Part shown: piece after piece, positions 56,759 through 64,000 of the stretch
Layout of the letters: each line of letters opens with the position of its first letter
Position numbering within the stretch: the stretch's first letter is position 1
Assembly: GCA_014376785.1 (NCBI GenBank)
Contig: JACMQW010000082.1
Location: 3,499-67,498, forward strand
Origin: Oligoflexia bacterium
Lineage (GTDB): Bacteria; Bdellovibrionota; UBA1018
Reading direction: 5' to 3'
DNA length: 64,000 nucleotides
Program-made: the position numbers and the translations under genes
The notes under the pieces: generated by a model
Told to the model about the DNA's origin: nothing
The model's database searches: none
Seen by the model: only the letters and a program-made list of their open reading frames with translations

Positions 56759-56834
56759 GGAAACGTCTGTTTTGGAGCTTCAAAATCAAGAGCGGAAATT
56801 TTCTATGAGGGATTAGGGTGCCAAAGCGCCGCTA

Positions 56835-58301
56835 TTAGATTACGCCCTTTTTACGAAGCAATTCCATCGCCGCTTTTGACGCGTAGACCGAAGGCACGAA
56901 GTTTACGAAACCTGACAGGTGCTTCATCAACGTATTTTGTCGGTCGACGAGTAGTGAAGGATGGCCTTCTTTGTCGACGACCTTCACCGATTCGCTCTCC
57001 GCGATGGCCGCTTTAGCACTCATGGACCCGCCCGCTTTGCGGTTCAGGTATTTTTTACTTTTCGTAAACGTGACGTCTTTTTCCGGATGGTCCACCAAAA
57101 TCCATTCCCGGCCGGTTCCATTTTTTGCGATGACGGCTTCGATTTCTCGGAGCTTGGTGTTCATCTGCTTCACGAGCTTTTCTTTTTCTTCCGGCGAGTC
57201 GCTGATGATTCGGTGACTGAAGGCCGGGTGGCGGATCGTTTTCGGTGCCTGACGGTACATCAGCATCTCGACGAGTTCTTCGGTCTTTGCGTCACCCCGG
57301 AGTAGGTGTTTGAAGCGGGTGTCTTGGAGGCGTTGCATGAAGTACATGTCGTTCCACCAAAAGAATCGCTCATCCTTTTCCTCGACCATCGAAAGGAGGT
57401 CGTGAAATTGGTACATCAGATCGTGTTCGAGCAGCACCTTCGTGACTTGGGTCGACATCGCGTCGAACTTCGCGGATGCCGGATTTTTAATGACCTGTGA
57501 ATACCAGCTAAATCGCGCAATCAGAAAGTCTTCGACCGCGTGCTCGGCGTTCTCGCGAACTCCGAATGCTTTTTGGCCACCGGGCGCATCGAAGGCGACC
57601 AAGTTTGCCATGATGTAATGCCGATCGAACTGGCCGTACTTCATCCCGGTGTAGTGGGAATCGCGGAGCAGGTAGTCCATGCGGTCTGCATCCAGGTCGG
57701 AATGCATGAGTTGATTTGCAATCAGGTAGGGAGACTCGCCTTTGATGATTTTAGAGATCATCAATTCATCTAATCCGTAATCTTCCAGGATCGCGGTGAT
57801 TCCACCCTCATACCGGGTATTCTTGATAATAAACGCGCCGAGGTGCTCGTGGTTATTCGAGAGCTCTTTTGCTACTTTCGTTTTTCCGCCGCTCGCTTTC
57901 CGTTCCGCGCGCACATTTCCATGGCGCATGTAAGCGTGCTCGACCGAGTGAGAGAAAGGAAACGTTCCGAGGTCGTGAAGGAGTGCCGCGATGCGAAGGC
58001 TCTTATGAAGAAGGGCGGCCTCGCTGCGTGATTTCGGATTAAAGAGCTCATCGTCAGAAACGCCGATGCCAAGCGAGCGAATCATCTGATCCATCGAGTG
58101 CATCACGCCGATCACGTGCGCAAAGCGGTTATGCTCAGCGCCGGGGAAAACGTAGTTTGCGAAACCCAATTGTTTAATCCAGCGCAGTCGCTGAAAAAAA
58201 GGAGAATTGATGATTTTCTCTTCCCATTCCGTGACGGGAATAAATCCGTACATCACGTCGAAAATCACGGCCTGCTTATGGCGATGGGTTTTGTTTGCCA
58301 T
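56835..58301 (-). CDS. HD-domain phosphohydrolase, SAMHD1-like dNTPase family
   Basis: FQRLR.IKQLG, FPGAEHNRFAH, LLHDLG, PFSH, DADRMDYL.RD. Confidence 0.9.
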   Translation of the reverse strand: MANKTHRHKQAVIFDVMYGFIPVTEWEEKIINSPFFQRLRWIKQLGFANYVFPGAEHNRFAHVIGVMHSMDQMIRSLGIGVSDDELFNPKSRSEAALLHKSLRIAALLHDLGTFPFSHSVEHAYMRHGNVRAERKASGGKTKVAKELSNNHEHLGAFIIKNTRYEGGITAILEDYGLDELMISKIIKGESPYLIANQLMHSDLDADRMDYLLRDSHYTGMKYGQFDRHYIMANLVAFDAPGGQKAFGVRENAEHAVEDFLIARFSWYSQVIKNPASAKFDAMSTQVTKVLLEHDLMYQFHDLLSMVEEKDERFFWWNDMYFMQRLQDTRFKHLLRGDAKTEELVEMLMYRQAPKTIRHPAFSHRIISDSPEEKEKLVKQMNTKLREIEAVIAKNGTGREWILVDHPEKDVTFTKSKKYLNRKAGGSMSAKAAIAESESVKVVDKEGHPSLLVDRQNTLMKHLSGFVNFVPSVYASKAAMELLRKKGVI

Positions 58302-60097
58302 TACGTTTCCACGCTCAGAGCCACTTTCATCGGCTCCGCGTTCAGTTCGCGAAAGAGCGTGACGATCTCGTCTTTCGACATGAGTTTCATGTTCGTTTCG
58401 CCATACTTTCGAACCGCAAACCCGCCAGATGCGATGTCGCGGTCTCCGGCCACCAAGGAGAAAGGAATTTTCGTGATCTGCGCTTCCCTGGTTTTAAGTC
58501 CCATCGATTCGTTCCGATCATCGATGTCGACCCGAAGTCCCATCAGTCGGAGTTCTTTCGTAAAAGCGGCGACGTACTCCTTGTTCTGGTCGGCGACTGG
58601 CACGAGCCGCGCTTGAATCGGAGCGAGCCAGAAAGGAAACGCACCCGCCACGTGTTCGATAAGGATTCCGATGAATCGCTCCAGAGATCCGAAAACTGCG
58701 CGGTGAACCATGACCGGAGTTGGCGATGAATTATCCGATCCCGTGTATTCGAGGTTGAATCGTTTCGGCATGTTAAAGTCGAGCTGGATGGTACCGAGTT
58801 GGTGTTTGCGCTTGAGCGCATCGGAAACTCGGAAATCGATTTTGGGGCCGTAGAAGGCGCCGTCTCCGGCATTGATCACATAAGGCATGTTCAAGCCGTC
58901 TAGTACTTTTTTCAGGCCGTTTTCAGCCGTGTCCCAGAGTTCATCAGATCCCACGCGTTTTTCCGGACGAGTGGAGAGGTTAATTTCGACGTCCGTGAAG
59001 TTGAAGAACGCGTACGTCTTCAAAACCATCTCGATCACTTTCTTAATCTCGAGCTCGATTTGTTCGGGGGTGCAGAAGATGTGGGCATCGTCCTGACAGA
59101 AGGTTCGCACGCGAGTGAGCCCGGCCGTCGCACCGGATTTTTCGTAGCGGTGAAGCCGGCCGAAATCCGCGAAACGAATCGGCAGATCGCGGTAAGAGCG
59201 CTTCGACGACGCATAAATGAATGTATGCGCTGGACAGTTCATCGGCTTCACTGCGAATTCGCGTTCGTCGATGTTGGTGAAATACATGCTGTCTTTATAG
59301 TTGTCGTAATGGCCGGAAGTCTTCCAAAGCGAAACGTCCATGATTTGGGGAGTGATCACTTCCTCATAACCGTAGGGAACGTAGAGGTCGCGCATGTATT
59401 GAACGAGGCGATTATAAATGGCCGTTCCTTTCGGGTGGAAGAACGGGGAGGCGGGTGCCTCTGGAATAAACGAGAAGAGATCGAGTTCTTTCCCGAGTTT
59501 CCGGTGGTCGCGTTTTTTCGCTTCCTCCAGCATGGTCAGGTATTCATCTAACTGCGCTTTTTTCTCAAACAGCACGCCGTAAATCCGAGTCAGCATCGGA
59601 TTGGTCTCTTTACCCCGCCAGTAGGCGCCGGCAATGGACATGAGTTTATAGCCATTTCCGATGTCGCCCGCGCGCATGATGTGCGGGCCTTTGCAGAGGT
59701 CGGTGAAATCGCCTTCGGTGAAGGTTGTGACCACCGATTCCCCTGCGGCCTGGAGGGCTTTGATGATTTCGACTTTGTAGGTCTGGCCTTCGGACTCAAA
59801 CTTCGAAATCGCGTCCCCGATGGAGAGTTCTGCTTTCACGAGAGTGGCATTCGCCTTCGTGATTTTCTTCATCTCCGCTTCAATTTTTTCTAGATCCTCG
59901 TTCACGAGCTTCACGCCCGGAATGTCCATGTCGTAGTAAAACCCATTCTCAATCGTCGGGCCGATGCCGAACTTCGCCGCGGGGTAGAGGTTTTTCACGG
60001 CGTGGGCCATCACGTGTGCGGCCGAGTGGCGCATGCGTTCGACCTTGGAGGTGATTTCGGGTTCCTGAAAATCGTGCAGAGCGGTGTTTTCGTTCAT
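58301..60097 (-). CDS. thrS: threonine-tRNA ligase (no N-terminal TGS domain)
   Basis: RHSAAH, DLCKGPH, RDHRKLG, KPMNCP, GAFYGPK, HRAVFGSLERF. Confidence 0.98.
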   Translation of the reverse strand: MNENTALHDFQEPEITSKVERMRHSAAHVMAHAVKNLYPAAKFGIGPTIENGFYYDMDIPGVKLVNEDLEKIEAEMKKITKANATLVKAELSIGDAISKFESEGQTYKVEIIKALQAAGESVVTTFTEGDFTDLCKGPHIMRAGDIGNGYKLMSIAGAYWRGKETNPMLTRIYGVLFEKKAQLDEYLTMLEEAKKRDHRKLGKELDLFSFIPEAPASPFFHPKGTAIYNRLVQYMRDLYVPYGYEEVITPQIMDVSLWKTSGHYDNYKDSMYFTNIDEREFAVKPMNCPAHTFIYASSKRSYRDLPIRFADFGRLHRYEKSGATAGLTRVRTFCQDDAHIFCTPEQIELEIKKVIEMVLKTYAFFNFTDVEINLSTRPEKRVGSDELWDTAENGLKKVLDGLNMPYVINAGDGAFYGPKIDFRVSDALKRKHQLGTIQLDFNMPKRFNLEYTGSDNSSPTPVMVHRAVFGSLERFIGILIEHVAGAFPFWLAPIQARLVPVADQNKEYVAAFTKELRLMGLRVDIDDRNESMGLKTREAQITKIPFSLVAGDRDIASGGFAVRKYGETNMKLMSKDEIVTLFRELNAEPMKVALSVET

Positions 60098-60215
60098 CAC
60101 TCCCAAACTTAATGGAGTCGGCGTTTTTTTTCCAGCAAGCAGGGGACTTAGGCGAGGAATTTGCTCATGGACCTTGTCTTATTTGAATTTCGGATTGTTC
60201 TTGGAGGGTCGAGTC

Positions 60216-61037
60216 ATGAGTTTGCAGCGGTTATTCGGAGTGTTTTTCCTGGTTTGTTTGAGTGGGTGCTTAGAGTCGCAAGTGGCTCGGAAATCGGGTG
60301 CGGCAACTCTCGCGTCGAGGGCCGGCCTAAAAGCAGAATGGATTCAGTCTCCTCTGGTTTCGGAAGGCGAAAATCCCGCGCTTTACCCTTATGCGAAACG
60401 GGTGATGGAGGGGGCGCCGGTTCAGTGGAGAGTGCTATCTCTCACTAATCAATCGTCTGAACGATTGACGCTTTATTTCGGGGCTTGGGAAAACGACGAA
60501 CTCGAAATGCGTCTCTCCACCTATTGCCCCATTCTGGCCGATCGCCTGGTTCCGCGAGGGAACGAAGTAGCTATCGATATCTGCCGCTACATCAGCCGCT
60601 GGAAAGTGAGCGGATTAGAAATCTTGCGTGAGTACCACCGAATGGAGAATTCGGTCGCGGTTGCCAGAAATGAAACGGAACCGCTTAAAAATACGACGGA
60701 TCTTCGGACTGGAGAGAAAATAGAACTCATTGCGACCTTGATTCTGACCAGCGGATCTCCGATCCCGGGAGAAGTTCTCGGTGATCCGGCAAAAGAGCAT
60801 TTCCTTCCACGTGGATTGCCTTCGCTGTATACCCAACAACTCCTCTCGACGGACTTCCGTAGACTCCTCCGGCCAAGTATTTACCGGGAGGATAGCACCC
60901 CGATTGAGGTGGGAGACTTTGCTGCAGAAGTGAGTTTTCACGGGCCTTCGTATTTCGACTTTGAGAGTCGGGAGAAGCAGCCAGGGCGAAAATCGATTTT
61001 TCCACCCGAGCGTGAAGGAATACCGCTATTCGAGTAA
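60216..61037 (+). CDS. hypothetical lipoprotein
   Basis: MSLQRLFGVFFLVCLSGC lipobox; GGAGG upstream. Confidence 0.7.
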   Translation: MSLQRLFGVFFLVCLSGCLESQVARKSGAATLASRAGLKAEWIQSPLVSEGENPALYPYAKRVMEGAPVQWRVLSLTNQSSERLTLYFGAWENDELEMRLSTYCPILADRLVPRGNEVAIDICRYISRWKVSGLEILREYHRMENSVAVARNETEPLKNTTDLRTGEKIELIATLILTSGSPIPGEVLGDPAKEHFLPRGLPSLYTQQLLSTDFRRLLRPSIYREDSTPIEVGDFAAEVSFHGPSYFDFESREKQPGRKSIFPPEREGIPLFE

Positions 61038-61061
61038 GGCACTTCGTGAGAGGGGAAATTC

Positions 61062-61550
61062 ATGCTGACTTCAAACATCCAACCTCCCGTTTCCCTCCGT
61101 CCGGCGATCTTTGAGGATTTGGATGCGATCCTTTCGGTTGAAAAGCGCGTTCATACGGTTCCTTGGGAGAAAGCTCATTTTCAAGGCGAGCTTGAGAAAT
61201 CGTATTCTCGTCTTTGGGTACTGACGGACGACGAAACGGACAGCATCGTGTATGGATACGCAGTATTTTGGGTCATGGGCGAGTCTGCCGAAGTTTTGAA
61301 TATTGCCGTCGATATTCCTCACCGGGGGCTCGGACTCGCGAAACTAATGCTGCAGCAAATCATCAATGAAGCTATGCGTCTGGGCCTCGAGAACCTGATG
61401 CTCGACGTCCGCAAATCGAATCTTCCCGCAGTGGGTCTTTATCAGCGTGCGGGGCTGTCCATCACCCAATACCGCAAGGGATTTTATTCAAATGGGGAAG
61501 ACGCTTACCATATGACCGTAGGTCTGACTGGCGAAGCCACTGAGTTCTGA
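61062..61550 (+). CDS. rimI: ribosomal-protein-alanine N-acetyltransferase
   Basis: PW...F..EL, NIAV....RG.G, LDVR.SN..A..LY, R..FY.NGEDA. Confidence 0.88.
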   Translation: MLTSNIQPPVSLRPAIFEDLDAILSVEKRVHTVPWEKAHFQGELEKSYSRLWVLTDDETDSIVYGYAVFWVMGESAEVLNIAVDIPHRGLGLAKLMLQQIINEAMRLGLENLMLDVRKSNLPAVGLYQRAGLSITQYRKGFYSNGEDAYHMTVGLTGEATEF

Positions 61551-61652
61551 TTCCTCTCGACCGAGTATTCCAGTCCAGAAACGCTGCGTCTCGTTTTTGA
61601 CAGACTTAGTTTTCTTGGGTATCAGCCTTCCAACCTAAAAGATTGGAATCTC

Positions 61653-62438
61653 ATGAAGTACCTGCGACTCACGTCGTTCTGGGGCATGTCGCTCTGGGCT
61701 GCGGCTTGGTTCATTTCCTTAATTTTCCCTTTCAGCCACTCCACTGAGGCGATGATTTATCCCGTGAGAAGCCTCTATCAAGGAGGAGCTTACGCCACCC
61801 TCACCGAGACCACCCTCGAGCGGGTTTTTTCCGATCGCATGAGTGGAAAGTCAGAACTCTATGACTTAACCGGAAAGTCCGGACTTCGGGACCGAAGCAA
61901 TCTTTCGAAACGATTAGCTGCTCACCTTTATCAACTTTGTCTGCAAAATCGGCTCGACCCCGCATTCATTCTATCTGTCATTCAAGCCGAGTCGAGATTC
62001 CAGCTGGATGCTGAGAGCCCGGCGGGTGCCATCGGACTTATGCAACTCATGCCGGGCACCGCCCGCGTGGTTGCGGCGAAGCATCCGACCCTTCTCAGCT
62101 CGGAGCGCTTCACGGCAAATGACCTTCGAGATCCTTTTCTGAATTTGACACTTGGCGTAGTGTATTTGAAGGAGATGAAGGATCGCTACACCGGACTTTC
62201 TCCTTACTACCATTTAGCGGCCTATAATATGGGTCCCGGATCCCTCGACGCGCTCATGGCGGGACCAGATTTTCGACCCGAGAAAACTTTGAAATACTAC
62301 CAAGGCATCATGCGAGGCGTGAGTCACTGGAGGCATTATCAAGGCCGGCATTCGAAAGTGTCGACTACCCATTCTGGAGCGCTCGGGATAAAACCAATCT
62401 CGGATGTCGCGAGAAATTCACCCAACCGAAAAATCTAA
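61653..62438 (+). CDS. SLT-domain lytic transglycosylase
   Basis: IQAESRF, GAIGLMQLMP, AAYNMG; N-terminal hydrophobic segment. Confidence 0.88.
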   Translation: MKYLRLTSFWGMSLWAAAWFISLIFPFSHSTEAMIYPVRSLYQGGAYATLTETTLERVFSDRMSGKSELYDLTGKSGLRDRSNLSKRLAAHLYQLCLQNRLDPAFILSVIQAESRFQLDAESPAGAIGLMQLMPGTARVVAAKHPTLLSSERFTANDLRDPFLNLTLGVVYLKEMKDRYTGLSPYYHLAAYNMGPGSLDALMAGPDFRPEKTLKYYQGIMRGVSHWRHYQGRHSKVSTTHSGALGIKPISDVARNSPNRKI

Positions 62439-63117
62439 ATCCGCAGGTCGGCCCTCCAGTGTCATTTTACTCAGCGGGGGACTCGACTCCGCCGCAAACC
62501 TGGCCTTGGGAGTGGAGTCGGGGGACGTTCTGCTTGCCCTTCACGTGGATTACGGACAGCGGGCCGAAGTTCCCGAATGGCGCGCCTCTCAGAAACTCGC
62601 CGATTATTATGGCGTGAAGATTGAGAAAATTTCGATCCCTTGGTTAGGCGCCCTGGGCGGAAGTAGCCTGACCGATCGCTCAAAAACGATTCCCGAACTG
62701 AAGTGGTCTGAACTCGATACCCTTCCTAAAATCCAGGAGAGCGCAAAGTCCGTTTGGGTTCCGAATCGAAACGGAGTGCTCGTCAATTTAGCAGCGAGTT
62801 TCGCCGAGCGCCTGCGCGCGGATCAGGTGCTGGTGGGTTTCAACCGTGAAGAAGCCACGACATTCCCTGATAATTCAGAGGAATTTCTCGATCAGTGCAC
62901 GCAGGCGCTTCGTTATTCGACTGCAAATGGAGTGGCGGTTTTTTCTTACACGACTCGGTTCGATAAAATTCAAATCTGCGACGCCTTAAAAAACCTTTCT
63001 CGTCCTTTTCCTCACGCCCTCGTCTGGAGTTGCTACCTCGCGGGTGATGAACCTTGTGGAAAATGTGAATCCTGCGGCCGGCATGACCGGGCTTTAAAAG
63101 GTGCGGGAGTGGAATGA
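62404..63117 (+). CDS. queC: 7-cyano-7-deazaguanine synthase
   Basis: SGGLDS, DYGQR, VPNRN, FPD, SCY..PCGKCESC. Confidence 0.92.
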   Translation: MSREIHPTEKSKSAGRPSSVILLSGGLDSAANLALGVESGDVLLALHVDYGQRAEVPEWRASQKLADYYGVKIEKISIPWLGALGGSSLTDRSKTIPELKWSELDTLPKIQESAKSVWVPNRNGVLVNLAASFAERLRADQVLVGFNREEATTFPDNSEEFLDQCTQALRYSTANGVAVFSYTTRFDKIQICDALKNLSRPFPHALVWSCYLAGDEPCGKCESCGRHDRALKGAGVE

Positions 63118-64000
63118 GAGTGGCGCCGATCCTGATCTTGCATTCGATTTTGTCCGCCGGAATGATTTTATGGGTCTCCGGTTGTGTGTCGGCTCTGAAG
63201 GAGCCCCCCGCAGCAGTTCAAGCCGAACTGAAGGACCAGAAAATTGAGACTCGGCTTCGCGCAGGAATTCACGAGCGTTTAAAGGCAGGACTCGGTTGGG
63301 GGTATGTGGCGGCGATTCGCGAGGACGGAAAAAACGCCGTTTTCGCTGCTGGTAAGAAAACGTTAGAGCCCGCTAGTCTTTTTCTCGATGTGGATTCCGT
63401 CCCGGTCGGTTCGGTTTCTAAGGTTTTTACGGGCTTCCTTCTGCACCTCGCGGAGCAAGAGGGGCGGTTGAAGCTGAATAAAACGCTCGGGGAAGTGTTC
63501 CCGCGTTTGAAAAAAACAGATGCCGGGAAAATCACCCTTTTTGATTTGGGACTGCATCAGTCGGGACTTCCTCGTTCACTTCCCTCGCTTCGACTGAAAA
63601 AAGACGACCCGTATGCGGACATTCAGAAAGAAGAAGTCCTCCGCCTCCTCGGAGAATGGAAAGCTCCCAATATTCCTGGCTTAAAGGCACCGCGAGTTTA
63701 CTCGAACTGGGGATACCTCGTTCTCGGTTTGGTTTTGGAAAAGGTTTACGGCCAGAGCTATTCGGCGATTCTACAGAACAAAATTTTTTCTCCCCTAGGA
63801 TTCGAAAATGCTTCGATCCATTCTGAGTCGACGAAAACGAGGCGGAGGTCGCGTAGCCACCGATCACGGGTCGCCAGGGCATCAGAGGGATATTCGCTTG
63901 CGGGAGATCCCCTTCCGGAATGGTCGTTCAAGGGATTCACCGCCGCAACCGGTGGAGTTCAGGCCAGCGCCGCAGATATTCAGCTCATTTTGGCTGCTCT
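63114..64000 (+). CDS. beta-lactamase-family serine hydrolase, lipoprotein (truncated by window edge)
   Basis: Manual translation from ATG 63114: VSGC lipobox, GSVSK (SxxK), HQSGL, YSNWGY, PLG. Not in the ORF track. Confidence 0.85.
   Translation, partial: MRVAPILILHSILSAGMILWVSGCVSALKEPPAAVQAELKDQKIETRLRAGIHERLKAGLGWGYVAAIREDGKNAVFAAGKKTLEPASLFLDVDSVPVGSVSKVFTGFLLHLAEQEGRLKLNKTLGEVFPRLKKTDAGKITLFDLGLHQSGLPRSLPSLRLKKDDPYADIQKEEVLRLLGEWKAPNIPGLKAPRVYSNWGYLVLGLVLEKVYGQSYSAILQNKIFSPLGFENASIHSESTKTRRRSRSHRSRVARASEGYSLAGDPLPEWSFKGFTAATGGVQASAADIQLILAA

Noticed and set aside
62404-63117. QueC as part of a Qat, CBASS type IV or Dpd defence system
   Set aside because: Standard length and motifs; no TatD, ATPase, TGT or cyclase neighbours in the window
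278-63940. Many ORF-track entries overlapping or antisense to identified genes (e.g. 2382-3092, 3261-4082, 18269-18886, 28507-29133)
   Set aside because: Shadow ORFs of well-supported genes with no recognisable motifs

Overview
Gene-dense bacterial chromosome segment, probably from a Bdellovibrionota/deltaproteobacterium-like organism (inferred from the stand-alone spdEFG1-type EF-G, an FQNC-type lipoprotein and many small secreted hypotheticals). Mostly housekeeping: pepN (partial), dCMP deaminase, orn, fusA, gap-pgk-tpiA-secG, PolX-PHP/nth, bolA-grxD, ppx, prfC, DinG-exonuclease, rnd, cyaY-grxC, tRNA-Glu, msrB, ung, psd, comM, comEC-like, HD hydrolase-thrS, rimI, queC. An accessory-looking block follows tRNA-Glu (~33.7-45.7 kb). 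No CRISPR array, integrase or transposase was seen. Best leads: (1) an operon divergent from LysR pairing a fatty-acid desaturase with an apparent homolog of an uncharacterised marine-phage protein; (2) an LspA paralog with a HAMP-like tail coupled to an FQNC lipoprotein with Cys repeats; (3) a Zn-peptidase / Ddl-like ATP-grasp / methyltransferase operon; (4) unannotated small membrane peptides behind a near-consensus promoter antisense to nth; (5) a secreted ART-like protein; (6) a GST broken by a 10-bp duplication. Family assignments come from motif recognition only; no searches were run.
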